From the NCBI RefSeq assembly GCF_018350175.1, contig NC_058368.1:143098001-143162000 (forward strand): a stretch of DNA of 64,000 nt. Direction: 5' to 3'. Position 1 is the first letter of the stretch, and the number at the start of each line of letters is the position of its first letter. A model generated the notes under the pieces. The model saw only the letters and a program-made list of their open reading frames with translations. It had not been told where the DNA came from and made no database searches. Below are positions 1-13,197 of the stretch, one piece after another. Position numbers and translations under genes: made by a program. Source of the stretch: Felis catus (lineage: Eukaryota).

Positions 1-1314
1 TAAACATACTCTCTTTATGTGCTAACACGATTCACCAACCTCATCAGACAAAAGAGATCATTTTGCAGCCATAAGAATTCACTGTCTTTGCTGCCAAGCC
101 TGTCCCGAGGGTACCAGCCAAGTATCTCCTTGGTATTCTGGGAGCCCCAGGTGACCCCTCAGAGGAGCTCACAAACATTTCCCTCCTTTTCCTCTGTTTC
201 TCCTCCACCCCCTTTGGTAGTCATCCCCTGGGATGCCACTTGAGGCCAGGGCCTCCTCACCAGTGTTGCTTATTCTTCCAGGGCACACTGATACCTGTGA
301 CCGTGTCCTGCAGTTTCTAAGCATGAACATTTAATATGCTAAAGTGGTAGTACTATATTCTTAGATGTTTTGAGAGGAATGCTTTACTCTCTCACATGCC
401 TGTCCTTCAATGACTCCTGAAAAGCCATCCTGTCAGCTCCTCCTTAGAGCCATCTTTCTTCACAGATCCAAGTAGGAATCCATGGAAATAGTGGGGTTGG
501 GGACTAGTATCTGAAGCATACTTTGTTCATAGTAATTTCCTTCGGTTGCTTGGCAAAATCTCTTCTCCCTCTCCTTTCTGGACCAAAAACTAATCAACCG
601 ACCAACCAAGCAAACTTCATATGAGAACACCCACCACTTCATGAGACCTGTCTAGAAACCGTTCAGTCTCACCTTAGGTTGGATGTAGGATCCTAACTGC
701 ATTTATGTAAAGATACTAATAGTTATCATTGTTAGTAGATAGCAGGGGTTTTCCTACAGTCATTTCTGTCCTGCTATTCACCTTGCTCCCCCAGTGACCA
801 GCTCCTAGAAGCTAATGAAGCTGTGACCATGGAGCAAAACACAGCTCACAGCTCTGGATGTGTAGGGTGACCAGACTTCTACCCCCTGGTTATAACTATC
901 TGAGTATGGATGAATCTTATTTACATATCTTATTCATACATAATCTCATTCATATATGGAAGGAATAACTGCATAGGTTAGTACATCCACTTTTGAGAGG
1001 AAAGAACACTATTAATATTTATGTCAGAATAATTAGAATAATATAGTATCCTAAACATGACCTGTGATATGAGTAAACTTAAAAACGTTATTTTTACCAT
1101 GTATGTCTAGTTATTTCCAAAACTATATGTTTGGATTATTGCTGTTTTTCTGTCTTTTAAAAAAAATCTTTACTTCTTGTTTATAAGGTTCTTTCTTGGA
1201 ACAGTTGCTTCGTGGATTTATGCTGTATGATTAGTTTTCATTTCTAATCCTAACCTGATTTGTTTTCCTTGTCCCAACCAATTAGAAATGTTCTTATTTT
1301 TATTTTCAATGCAG

Positions 1315-1480
1315 ATGCAGAGTTTGCAGGGTGGTACAGAGGCCATAGCCCGGCTGGATCAGTTAGAAGCTGATTATTATGACCTACAACTTCAGTTGTA
1401 TGAAGTACAGTTTGAAATCCTGAAGTGTGAAGAGTTACTATTGACCGCACAACTGGAAAGCATCAAAAGACTTATATCAG
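1315..1480 (+). CDS. JMY: JMY internal coding exon (coiled-coil region: MQSLQGGTEAIARLDQLEADYYDLQLQLYEVQFEILKCEELLLTAQLESIKRLIS)
   Basis: Acceptor ttttcaatgcag|ATG, donor TCAG|gtatgg. Ends in phase 1, and G+AA joins the next exon as Glu. Peptide recognised as JMY. Confidence 0.93.
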
Positions 1481-1594
1481 GTATGGTGTGCATTCAACCA
1501 CATAAATCCAGGAAAAAAATTAATACATAGGGGAAATACACATAGTCGTCAGCTGGTTCTTCTGTTGAGACTAAGAATGTCTTAACATAAAGCC

Positions 1595-1825
1595 TTTTAT
1601 TTTTTAATTTATTTTTTAATTTTTTTAATGTTTATTTTTGGGAGAGGGAGAAGAGGGAGGGGCCGGGGGGGGGGGCAGAGAGAGCGGGAGACACAGAATC
1701 CGAATCAGGCTCCAGACTGTGAGCTGTCTGCACAGAGCCTGATGCAGGGCTGGAACTCAAGAGCTGTGCGATCATGACCTGAGCTGAAGTCAGACACTGA
1801 ACCGACTGAGCCATCCAGGCGCTCC
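1595..1825 (-). mobile_element. Can-SINE (felid type)
   Basis: Reverse-complement tRNA-like head, (CT)n region and A tail. TSD-like aacataaa(g/a)cctttt. Confidence 0.9.
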
Positions 1826-2192
1826 AACATAAAACCTTTTAAAGGAGCTCTGAAACTCAAGTTATTTAGTAGACTCAGCAATGCAACTATGCTATTACCT
1901 TTGTAAAATACTCACTTTGTAAGGTTGTTTCAGCCAGAAAAATTTTGAATTTGAGGGATGATGATACTTAACATTTATCGAGCATTTAACTGTGCCACAC
2001 ACTGCTGAGCATTTCGTATACACACTCACCCTAGAAGGTATATTTCCTAACAATTGCTATTTTACAAAGAAGCTCAAGAGGTAAAGGCTTTGCCTGAGGT
2101 TACAGAGTTAATAAGTAGCTTAGAACTCTGTTCTTTCTGGCTCCATGAGCTCCTGCTCTTAACCACTACCCCTTGTTGCTGTTTTGTTACAG

Positions 2193-2380
2193 AAAAGAGA
2201 GATGAGGTGGTATATTACGACACTTACGAAAGCATGGAGGCCATGCTGGAGAAGGAAGAGATGGCAGTGTCTGTGCACTTACAGAGAGAAGAGCTACAGA
2301 AACTTCAGCAGAAAGCACGCCAGCTGGAAGCAAGGCGTGGACGAGTTTCAGCCAAGAAAGCCTACCTCAGAAATAAAAAG
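2193..2380 (+). CDS. JMY: JMY coding exon (EKRDEVVYYDTYESMEAMLEKEEM...RRGRVSAKKAYLRNKK)
   Basis: Acceptor ttttgttacag|, donor AAAG|gtataa. 188 nt, phase 1 to 0, in frame with both neighbours. Confidence 0.95.
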
Positions 2381-3296
2381 GTATAATAGCTTAGGTTATT
2401 TATCAAATATATAGCCTTAGTTTTAAGACTTTTTGTTAGTCATTACTTAATCCTTGACCCATATCTAATAATTGTAACCTGATTTGTCACTAGCAGTTAC
2501 ATGTTTTAAAACTAAGTGAGAGTTACCTCTTCTCAATACTCAAGCCATTATGTTAACATTATAGAGTTTTCTGAGAACTGCTTTGTTAAACACATTAGAA
2601 CAGCCAGTGATGATGTGCTATTTACCCCCAACACCCCGTAAGTGACTCTGGTAAAGGACAGGGTTGCAGGATGCCACGTAATGCAGTTCTCTGGTCCTGA
2701 TTATTTAAGGAGGCCAGTCCTGTTGTATAATTATGTCTTGATTCTGATCTCAATCTTTAAGGAATTCTATATATAAAAAAATTAATATCCTTTACTCTTC
2801 ACTCTTATTAATCTAAATCTGAGGTAGGGAAGTTCACTCCTAGAGAATCTGCCCGTTTAGACCAGCAGCCTCAGACCTCCTGCAACCCATCACATCACAC
2901 AGAGTCAGGGGCTCTAAATGGTCTTGCCCTCCGCCATACCTACCCCCAGCCCTCACTCACCACCTGAGGTGGGAGAACTACTGGGGGTAAAAGGAGTGAT
3001 AAAAGATGGCTGAGAAGAGAGGAAACTAGAAACACTAAGTCCTAAAAAGAAAGATAATGAGAAGATCACCTCTATGATACAAAAAATGAAATTATGCCTT
3101 TCTGTGTAACATCGTCCTATATTCCTTGTCTACATGTTCACTGTCACAGGGTGTTTGGTCTATCCAGCATCCTTGGTAGGATTTCATACCCAGGGGAGTA
3201 CTTGTGACTTTAAGTCATGCCCTGCCTTTCCTCTTGAAAAAATGATGGTCTCTGGCTATGCCATGACGACTTGAAGTCTGTACTTTGTGATTAGAT

Positions 3297-3489
3297 TTTT
3301 CTTTTTTTTTTTTTTTTTTTTTAAAGAGAGAGAGAGTGAGCAGGGGAGTTGCAGAGGGAGAGAGAGAATCTTAAGAAGGCTCCATGCCCAGTGCAGAGCC
3401 AGACTCGGGGCTCAGTCTCAAAACTGTGAGATCATGACCTGAGCCAAATCAAGAGTTGGATGTTTAACTGACTGAGCCACCCAGGTGCC
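3297..3489 (-). mobile_element. Can-SINE
   Basis: T-run, (GA)n, gagatcatgacctgagcc...ctgagccacccagg. Confidence 0.88.
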
Positions 3490-4305
3490 ACTGTGAATAC
3501 ACTTGTAAAGATGAATATTCTTTATGCATTTTTATTTTCTTTAATGATATCGATAGTCAAATGAGATATTCTTTTGCCTAAAGTTGAGAAAGCTCCACAG
3601 ATCAAAAACATTCTCATACTTGACGTGGTGACAAACCCAGAGCTGAGAGGAAGCTGTCCATTTGAGAGTCTCTCTTACTTTGACTATTCATATGTTTCAC
3701 TGCAACAATGTTAGTTTTAGTCTTATAGGGTGCTACTTCAGATCTTGCTGGAGTTACTAGATACTGCATATGTAACATACCATCTTTCTAAAGTCTGAAA
3801 ATAAGGGATTATAGACCTATATCCTCATTTTATAATCAAGGGAATCAAGGCTACTGGTAGTTAAACAGATCACCCAAGGAAAAACAGCTAATATGGGGCA
3901 AAGGTAGAATTCTATCTTAGGTCTGGGTGACATAGAAGCCTGAGTCATTGTATCACTATATCCTGTTACTTATATACAATACTACCTTTGTTATCCCCTG
4001 GAGACTGCCCCAAACAGGTTAATTTCTTCATTCATACTGGTTAGGCCTTAGAGTCAACCCAATGTGGGTGAAAAATATGATACAAATGCTTTAAACTCTG
4101 GTTCACCAGCCTAAAAGATCATTTATCATATCACTTTCTCTGGTTAAAAGTTTGTATAGTTTTGAGAGTGTTGTAAACTAATGGCCACCTTTTTACCTGG
4201 AATACTTCTCCAGGAAGACCCAGGGAAAATGAAGACTTAGCATGGTGCTACTATAAAGTTTCCAGATAATAGTGCATTATTTTGTAAAGAGGCACATAGT
4301 TCCTA

Positions 4306-4682
4306 GTTTATTATTATGTTTTTATTTATTTTGAGAGAGAGAGAGTGCTAACAGGGGAGGAATGGAGAGAGAAGGAGAGAGAATCCAAATATGTGAGGCT
4401 CAATCTCAAGAACCGTGAGAGATCATGTCCTGAGCCGAAATCAGGAGTCGGACGCTTAACTGACTGAACCACCAGGCTCCCCTCTTTCTTTTTTTCAAAT
4501 CTTTATTTACTTTGAGAGAGAGCATGTGCAGGGGAGGCATTGAGAGGGAGAGAGAATCCCAAGCAGGCTCTATTCCGTCAGCACAGAGCCTGATGCAGGG
4601 CTTGATCCCACCTACCATGAGATCATGACCTAAGCCAAAATGATGATTCAGATGCTTAACTGACTGAGCCGCCCAGGTGCCT
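4306..4682 (-). mobile_element. Two tandem Can-SINEs
   Basis: Two consecutive SINE bodies ending at ~4482 and ~4682. Confidence 0.85.
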
Positions 4683-4870
4683 CTGGACAGTCTCTTTTCC
4701 TTCTGAATTCTCTAACCAATAAGATACAGATTTCATGTTATTATTTAAAGCCCTCCAGGCAACGTCATGTTTTTTAACCCATCAAAGTTTAAGAACACAG
4801 ACTTTAATCCAAAAGTTGTAAATCCTTTTTTTTTTTTTTTTTGCCCAGCATAGTTTAAAGACTACAACAA

Positions 4871-4966
4871 GGGGCCTCGCTGGCTCGGTGGGTAGAGCGT
4901 GTGACTCTTGATATTGGGGTTGTGAGTTTGAGCCCCACTTTGGGTGTAGAGATTACCTAAAAAAGA
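4871..4966 (+). mobile_element. Short tRNA-like Can-SINE
   Basis: A/B-box-like head. Flanking direct repeat taaagactacaa. Confidence 0.8.
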
Positions 4967-5122
4967 TAAAGACTACAATAAGACTTAGAATCTTTTGGCC
5001 ACAGACTTCAGAACTAAAAGAGACCTGTGACATTACCTAAGGACACCCTCTTCGACTCTGTCTTGTCCCATCCCTCCCCCTCAAAGAGAGTGAGAAATGA
5101 GTTCTAGAGAAGTTGATATATA

Positions 5123-5161
<39 letters not shown>

Positions 5162-5344
5162 CTTGATGATTTGGCTCATGCTGCTTCAGTACTCCAGTTG
5201 AGCAATCAGAGGTGGCTTATTGTTTGGTGTTTCCCTGTAGGTACATGTTAAGATTAAAATTAAACCCAATAAAATAGGCCCTGGTGTGGTGTTTTGAGTC
5301 TTTCAGGTTTCAGTTATATTAAAACACATTTTATGTATTTACAG

Positions 5345-5431
5345 GAAATTTGTATTGCAAAACACAATGAAAAGTTCCAACAACGCCTTCGGAGTGAAGA
5401 TGAATACAGAGCCCATCACACAGTACAACTA
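5345..5431 (+). CDS. JMY: JMY coding exon (EICIAKHNEKFQQRLRSEDEYRAHHTVQL), absent from the ORF track
   Basis: Acceptor tatttacag|GAA, donor CTA|gtaagt. 87 nt, phase 0-0, translated by hand. Confidence 0.93.
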
Positions 5432-5589
5432 GTAAGTTTGGACTCGGAGAATTAGAACAAAACTGGTTTTTTACCTGTCTCAAAGTGGATAAAATTATAG
5501 AGAATAAGAAAATGTAAACAACTAGATATTAGCATTAATTCCATATATATGTATGTTTGCAGTTTAATACGTATGCATATACACACACA

Positions 5590-7490
5590 TTAAGAGCAGT
5601 TTGAGACATACTGAGCAGAAGATAATAGACAGTTCCCATATACCTCCACACACTCACAGCTTCCCCTACCAAGCAAAGAGTAGTACATTTGTTACAGTCA
5701 GTGGACCAACACTGATACATCATTATCACCTAACGTCCATAGTTTACATTAGAGTTCATTCTTGGTGCTATTGTTTTTGACCAACATATAATGATATGAA
5801 TCCACCATCATAATATCATACAAAATGTTTTTTACTGCCCTCAAAATGTCCTGTGTTCCATCTATTCATCTCCCTTTCTCTTCAAACCCCTGGCAACCGC
5901 TGATCTTTTTCACTGTTTCCAGAGTTTTGCCTTCTCCAGAATGTTTAATTGGAATCCTACAATATGTTTAATTGTAAACAGAATGTTTAATTGGAATCCT
6001 ACAATCCTTTTTAGATTTGTTTACCTTAGTACTGTGCTTTTAAGATTCCTCCATGCATTTTCATCGCTTGGTAGCTCATTTCTTCTTAGCACCGAATAGT
6101 AACCCATTGTCTGGATAACCACACTTTATTTTTAAAATTTGTCTTATGTAGGCTCCACACTCAGTGTGGAGCTTGAACTCAAAACCTCGAGATGAAGAGG
6201 CGCAGGCTGTATTAACTGAACCAACCAGGTGCCCCGGTACCATAGTTTATCGATTGACCTACTGAGACATGTTGGTTGTTCCCAAGGTTTGGCAGTGATG
6301 AAAAAAGTTGCTGTAAACATTGATACAGGTTTTTGTGTGCACATAAGTTTTCATCTCTTGGGTAAATCCTGAGGAGCAGTATTTGCTGGATCATAATGTA
6401 AGAGTTTATTTAATTTTGTGGGAAACTGCCGAACTGTCTTGCAGAGTGGCTGTACTGTTTTGCATTGCCACCAGCAGTGGACGAGAGGGTTCCTGTTGCT
6501 CCACATCCCTACCAGCATTTGGTGTCGTCAGTGTTTTGTATTTTAGCCCTTAATAGGCATGTGGTACGTGATGGTTATTTTAGTTCGCAGTTTCTTAGTG
6601 GCATGTGATAATGAGTATCTTTTCATAATGCCTTTTTTGTCATCCATCTGCTTTGCTGAGGTTATGTCCAGATCCTTTGCTCAATTTTTAATTAGATTGT
6701 TTTCTTATTACTGAGTTTTAAGAATTCTTTGTGTATTCTGGACTTTGCAAGTATTTTTTCCCCTATTTCTGGCTTGTGTTTTCATTCCCTTAAAAACATA
6801 TCTTGCAGAATAGAACTTTTTAATTTTAATGTTAATGAAGTCCAACTTGTCAGTTATTTCTTTCATGAGTTGTACTTTTGGTGCTGTATCTAAAAACTCC
6901 TCACCAAAACCAAGGTCATCTATATTTTCTCCTGGGTTATGTTGCTGGAGCTTTATAGTTCTGCATTTTACATTCAGGTCTGTGATCTGTTTTGAGTTAA
7001 TGTACATGAAGAGTGTAAGGTCTGTGGCTAATTTTTTGTGTGTGTGTGTGTGTGTATGTCTAGTAGTTCCAACACCATTTGTTTAAAAAGCTGTTACTTC
7101 TCTTCACTGGATTGCCTTTGCTCCTTTGTTAAAGATCAGTTGATTGAATGTGTTTGGATCTCTTGTGCTCTGTGTTCTCTCATCTAAGTCTTTTGCCTCT
7201 CCAAAGAAACCTTACAATCAGCTTGTCAGTCTCCACAAAATAAGCGAAAGAGATTTTGATTAGGATTATGTGAGATCTGTAGGTCAAGTTTGGGAATAAT
7301 TGACACCTTAACAATATTGAGTCTTCCTATGTGTAAACAAGGAATAGCTCCCCATTTATTATATTTTACTAGATTTATACCTAAACTATTAGATTTATGC
7401 CTCTTTTTTTTAATGGTAATATAAATAGTTTTTAATATCAAACTCTAGTAGATGTTCCTTGCTAGTATATTAGAAAGCAGCTGACTTTTG
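5590..7490 (-). mobile_element. Old L1 (L1M-type) ORF2 end and 3' UTR, interrupted by a short minus-strand SINE at ~6143-6236
   Basis: Minus-strand ORF fragments resemble L1 ORF2 (ITDLNVKCRTIKLQ..NPGENIDDLGFGEEFLD, IGRLNIVKVSIIPKL). Confidence 0.85.
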
Positions 7491-7492
7491 TA

Positions 7493-7640
7493 TGGCAGGG
7501 GGCGGGGGGGGGGGGGTAGGAATCCCAAGCAGCCTCTGAATGACAGCGTAGAGCCTGATGTGGGTCTTGAACTCACGAACCATCAGATCATGACCTGAAC
7601 CAAAGTTGGATGCTCAACCGACTGAGCCACCAAGGCGCCC
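7493..7640 (-). mobile_element. Can-SINE with a G-run
   Basis: gaatcccaagcag...ctgagccaccaaggcgcccc. Confidence 0.85.
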
Positions 7641-7644
7641 CAGG

Positions 7645-8180
7645 GTATTTCTATTTTTAGTTTTTTGAGGAATCTCCATATTATTTTCCATAGTGGCTGT
7701 GCTATTTTACATTCCCACTAACAGTGTATGAGGGTTCCTTTTATCCACATCCTTGCCAGCACTTGTTACTTCTTTTTGATTCTAGCCATTCTGACAGGTG
7801 TGAGGTGATATGTCATTTTGGTACTCATTTGTATTTCCTTGATGATTAATGATAATTACTGACATTGAGCATGTTTTCATGTGTCTTTTGGCCATTTGCA
7901 TGTCCTCTGCCCATTTTTAAAGCAGATTATTATTTTCCTTGCTATTCTTTATATAGTTTGGACATTAACTCCTTATTGGACATAACATTTGCAAATATAT
8001 TCTTCGATTCAATAGGATGCCTCTTTGTTCTGTTGATGGTTTTGCCAGAACTTTTTATATTGGTGTAGCCCCAATAGTTGATTTTTGCTTTTGTTTCCTT
8101 TGCCTTAGGAGACCTATCTAGAAAATGTTGCTAAGACCAATGTTTAAGAGATTACTGCTTGTGCTTTCTTCTAGGAACTA
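7645..8180 (-). mobile_element. L1 ORF2 3' fragment
   Basis: Typical antisense L1 text (ttttgaggaatctccata...cattcccactaacagtgtatgagggttcc). Confidence 0.85.
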
Positions 8181-8421
8181 TCCTCCTTTTCACCACCTCC
8201 TCCTCCAGTAGGGTCAGTTTCTTCCTTGGTGCTTGACAGCTAACCCTCTCTGCTTAACATGCCTGCCACTTACCTCACCACCACTTACTCATTCCTGCTT
8301 CTCTCCTAGGGCTTAATATAGGGCCTGGCTGACACGTAATTGGTAAGCATTTCATGGAAGAATGGTATTTCCTTATCTTAAGCAGCTTTTCCCCTACCAT
8401 TTTACTCTCTTGGGTGGTATA

Positions 8422-8614
8422 TTTTTAAATATTTATTTTGAGAGAGAGAGTGTAAGTAGGGGAGGGGCTGAGAGAGAGGGAGAGAGAATCCCAAGGAGGT
8501 TTGCACTGTCAACACAGAGCCCGGGTACAGGGCTTGATCCCACGAACCATGAGTTCATGGCGTGAGCCAAAATCAAGAGTTGTACACTTAACTGACGGAG
8601 GGACCCAGGTGCCC
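8422..8614 (-). mobile_element. Can-SINE
   Basis: SINE consensus. Flanked by ctctcttg/ag..tggtat repeats. Confidence 0.88.
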
Positions 8615-8750
8615 CTCTCTTAGATGGTATTTTACATGCTTTCTTTTTTACTCTGTGAATTGATAAAGTTTTCTTGCTTTTTAGTTAATATTTTGTAATA
8701 CTGTCCTATTATCTAAGCAAGGTGAATTTTTTCCTGAGTAATTATCTTGC

Positions 8751-8869
<119 letters not shown>

Positions 8870-9779
8870 ATTCTAAATTTCTTGACTCTTACTTTAAAAA
8901 TCCTTCTATTATGAGTAGTTTTAATTACTGGCTGGCAAAAGTGCTTCTCTACCATTCCTATACGTTTTTAAAAAGAAACCTCATTGTGTTTATAAAGAGA
9001 TATGCATCATCATTATAAAAGATTAAAGCAATACAGGAAAATGTGAAAAAAAAATCAATACCAAAATAGATTATCACAACTTTTCTATTCCTGACTTTAT
9101 TTTGATTTTTCTTGGAGTTAGTTAACGTTCATGAAGGTACTACTTCTGGAACATTTCATGGTCCTCATACTGTGTTTTGGCATATTTTGGGAATGCCTGT
9201 CCATTTCTTTTCTAAGTCAGAAACAGTTTGTCTAGGTCACAGTGCCATATTTTCTCTCTGTCAAACTTCTGGAGACATTGAATGTTGTTGCTGTCGAGAG
9301 GCGTGAGGTCTCCCTTCCCTCAACCCATCTTCTGCCTGAATATTCAGTCTTTGTTTATTGTGAAAGTCCAGTGACTTTACCAGGTGATGAGTGTGCAACA
9401 GAGTTTTCTGAAACAGGATGTTCACTTTGTGCCTGAAGATTCAAGTCACCCTGTAGATTCCGATGTGGTCATCCACGACATATGAAGCAGTAACTCTGAC
9501 TAGAGGAGCTGGTGGGGAAGAAGAGAGGTAGTAATGTAAGGGAATAATGGAAGATTGAATTTGAACAGGATGAATGGAAGAGAGACAAGTTAATGACACA
9601 CTGGAGACCACTGTCCTGTGCACACAACATTAACTGGTCTTGTAGGAGGTATCTCCCAAGTTTTTAAAACAAAGTAGGAATGAAAGCCATAACCTATCTG
9701 CATAGCTCGATAGCCTTTTAATATTCTGCAAAATGAGATGTAATTAGATATCTTTTCATTGTTTGAACAGTATAGACAA

Positions 9780-10600
9780 TTTTTTTTATTCCAGTATAGT
9801 TAATATACACCGTTCTATTTGTTTCTAATTGTTCACCAATTCTTTACATTACTCACTCACTGCTCGTCGTGATAAATGAAATGTACTCTTAATCCCCTTC
9901 ACCTATTTCATCTGCCCCCCCCACCTGCTCTGATAACCATCTGTTTGTTCTCTGTAGTTAAGAGTCTGTTTCTTGATTTGTGTTTTTTCCTTTGCTCATT
10001 TTTTAAATTTCTTCAACTCCACAGATGAGTGAAATCATATGATACTTGTCTTTTTCTGATTTTTTTTCACTTCGTATTATACTCCGTAGCTTCATCCATG
10101 TCGCTGAAGATGGCAAATTTTCATTATTTTTGTGGCTGAGTAACATTCCATTCCATGTATATATACCACACCTTCTTTATCCATTAATGGACACTTGGGC
10201 TGCTTCCATAATGTGGCCATTGTAAATAATGGTGCAATAAATATAGGGGTGTGTATCTCTTTTTGAGTTAGTGTTTTTGTATTCTTTGGTTAAATACCCA
10301 GCAGTGGAATTACTTACTAGACAATACAGTAGTTCTATTTTTATTAATTTTTTTTTTTTTTTTTTTTAGAAAGAGAAAATGCACAAGTGGTGTAGAGGAG
10401 CAGAGGGAGGGACACAGAATCTTAAGCAGGCTCCACTCTCAGTGTGGAACTCAATGCAGGGCTTGATCCCACGACTCTGGGATCATGATCTGAACTGAAA
10501 CTGAGTCGGGTGGCTCCCTGGACTGAGCCACTCAGGAGTCTCTGCTTTTAATTTTTTGAGGTGCCTTCATACTGTTTTCCACAGTTGCTGCACTGGTTAG
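9780..10600 (-). mobile_element. Carnivore L1 3' end with a nested minus-strand Can-SINE (~10338-10540)
   Basis: L1 3' UTR text (gagtgaaatcatatgatacttgtc, ggacacttgggctgcttcc). L1 sequence resumes after the SINE. Confidence 0.85.
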
Positions 10601-11146
10601 CATTAACATGGGAAAAAATTTTAAATTTCTGTGCTGATAACTCCCAACTTTAAGGGGTGATATTGAGCCAAATGATTCATGTAAAATGCAAGAAATACTT
10701 TTTCTAGCTGCTGGTTATGTTGGTTGAACTAAGGTGCAGTGTCTAAATTACTGGCCAGGTGGTTGCTGATTTTGTTTTTAAGGTCAACTATTTAATTTAG
10801 CAGAATATAGCAGCTACAGGTATTTTACACTTAAGCTGTTGAAGCCACAACCCTACAGGAACATTTTTTAGTTCAGAGAAAATTTGACTTTATTTCAGTG
10901 CAAACATCTTTAATTGTGGGTAAATGCAAAAATGAAACAGTATTGTTTTTGTCAGCGTATCATTCTGGATTTTAAAATCATGATTTCCATTTAAAACTGG
11001 TAGTTTCATGCCATAAACACTGTTTAATGAATCATTCATTGGAGTTATCCATTTTACTTAACTGGGAGAGCTCTCTTTTTTTTCCCTATTAATAATAAAA
11101 ATGAATGGGACACATCATAATGGAATTACTATTAATTTTTTATCAG

Positions 11147-11242
11147 AAGAGAGAAAAATTACATGATGAAGAAGAAAGAAAAAGTGCCTGGGTTAGCCAA
11201 GAGAGACAAAGAACTTTGGACAGACTTCGAACTTTTAAACAG
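11147..11242 (+). CDS. JMY: JMY coding exon (KREKLHDEEERKSAWVSQERQRTLDRLRTFKQ)
   Basis: Acceptor tttttatcag|AAG, donor CAG|gtaata. 96 nt, phase 0-0. Confidence 0.95.
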
Positions 11243-12045
11243 GTAATAAAAGTATGGCCCATCTGTTGTTTTTCATTGCTTTTTAAGCAGAGCTGCATAC
11301 ACACTTGTGTTACAAGATTATGATAAAAACTTGGTTTTCCCTTTTATTATTTAGAAAATAAAATTTTAAATTAACATTTGATTACAGGGCTACCCTTCTT
11401 CCAGTTGTATCTGGAATTAATATTCTTGTGCCGTTGGCCTTCCACTTTAGTAGTGTAAGAGGAGTGGTCAGGGCCTCTGGCAAACCTGAATTCTTCTTGA
11501 GTTTTATAAAATTAATAGGCTCACAAGTGACTGTCCATTTTAGGCATGAACTTGTCACCAGAACACATTCAGTAACCTTACGGTGGTAATCTGTGGGAGG
11601 GACCAGTGGCAGAATTAGAGAATGGATCAGCTTACGTCAGAAATGGTTTGGCAGTTGTCGTAAGTGCTTAGGAATCTACTTCCATTGTCTGTGCCGAGGG
11701 ATCACCTTATAGGTGCAGGAAGCTTTTGATGAAATCCTCTTAGTATTATAGTGAAGAGAGTATATGGTGGTTGTGGACCACCCTGTGTTGAGTAAATGTT
11801 GTTCACCAAATCCATTAATGCTAGGTTTTATTATAATAAAAGAATGAGAGTTATGTATGTCAGTACTTGAAAAATTTTATTCCCTCTCCTTCCATCATAA
11901 AATGTACATACTGTTTTGAGAGTTTTTTAAATGCCAAGAAACTTTTTAAAAAGATTAATGTTTTAATCTGTAAGCATTTGAAAATACATGTAAGAAACTA
12001 ATAGTTCCATAGCTTAGTATATACCAATGGCATGTATTAAAACCA

Positions 12046-12242
12046 TTTTTTTAATGTTTAATGTTGAGTGAGAGTGCAGATGGGGGAGGGAAAGAGAGAG
12101 AGAGGGAGACACATAATCAAAGCAGGCTTCAGGCCCTGAGCTGTCAGCACAGAGCCTGGCATGGGGCTGAAACTCACAGACCACGAGATCATGGCCTGAG
12201 CCAAAGTTGGACGTTTAACCAACTGGGCCACCCAGGCGCCCC
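12046..12242 (-). mobile_element. Can-SINE
   Basis: SINE consensus. Confidence 0.88.
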
Positions 12243-12599
12243 AATAGCATTGATGTTTGATATTTTATATTGCTATTATTTTTCCACTTAAGCTAGTAAT
12301 TTCAGTAATTAAAGATCTTTTTTAAATCCTGTGGTAATTTTGAATAGTTGACTTCTTAAGTGGATAAGAGGGAATAGGGCCTTGATAAAAGATTTGATAA
12401 GCAAATAGGGTTGGATGACGGCTGTTGAAAGGGATTATGCTTTGGTATTCTGGTCTTCTGTATAACTGTATCAAAGAATTTCCCCCTGAAATCACAACAG
12501 CTCCGAAACAACATCTTGGACCTGAAGGAGAAAATAGCCATCAGTTCATAGATTGTTGTAAACTAATTTGACCAGTTACAATCACTTCTACTTTTTTAG

Positions 12600-13197
12600 A
12601 GGTACCCTGGCCAAGTCATACTTAAATCAACCAGATTGCGACTGGCTCATGCAAGAAGAAGAAGCACAGCCAGTCCTGTGCCCTGTGAGGACCAGTGTGA
12701 CTCTCTGCCAGGAGCACTACAGGTAGAAGAGAAAAGTGCAAAGGCAGAGGAAGGAATAGGCGAGCTTGGGTCGTCACACAAAACAGAAGCCCAAAGCCTC
12801 GCACACCTTGAAGATACTTCGCTAGCACAACTTGAAGCCGCTTCATTACCTCTCAGTGGTGTTACCTCTGAACTGCCGCCCACTGTTTCTCTTCCACTTT
12901 TGAATAATACTGACCTCGAACCAGGTTCTGTTACCACAGATCCACTCCCCCCACCTCTTCCTCCAACACCACCTCCCCCGCCACCGCCTCCTCCCCCTCC
13001 CCCACCACCACCTCTGCCTGTTGCTAAAGACACCTCCCCAGAGACACTGGAGAAAGGTCTGCCTAGAACAGAGGCGAACGAGAAGAGGATCCCCAAGTCT
13101 GCAAGTGCCCCCTCAGCACATCTCTTTGACAGTAGTCAGCTGGTCAGTGCCAGGAAGAAGCTCAAAAAGACTGCTGAAGGTTTGCAGAGGAGGAGAG
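12600..13197 (+). CDS. JMY: JMY coding exon: RYPGQVILKSTRLRLAHARR..., polyproline tract, first WH2 (SQLVSARKKLKKT)
   Basis: Acceptor cttttttag|AGG, donor AGAG|gtaagt. 598 nt open frame, phase 0 to 1. Confidence 0.96.

Noticed and set aside
1632..1814. Recurrent 'MAQSV..TSAQVMI..SSSP..GSV' ORF family across the window
   Set aside because: These are translations of Can-SINE copies, not a gene family.
5231..5246. Alternative acceptor ttccctgtag|gtacat 104 nt upstream of the 5345 exon
   Set aside because: It is out of frame and meets an early stop, with no other support.
4871..6236. Inverted short SINEs flanking the 87-nt exon as a skipping or circRNA driver
   Set aside because: The copies are only ~90 nt and visibly diverged, so a stable duplex is doubtful.
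12647..13096. 149-aa Gly-rich minus-strand ORF
   Set aside because: Antisense shadow of the JMY polyproline exon. The same applies to 15141-15383.
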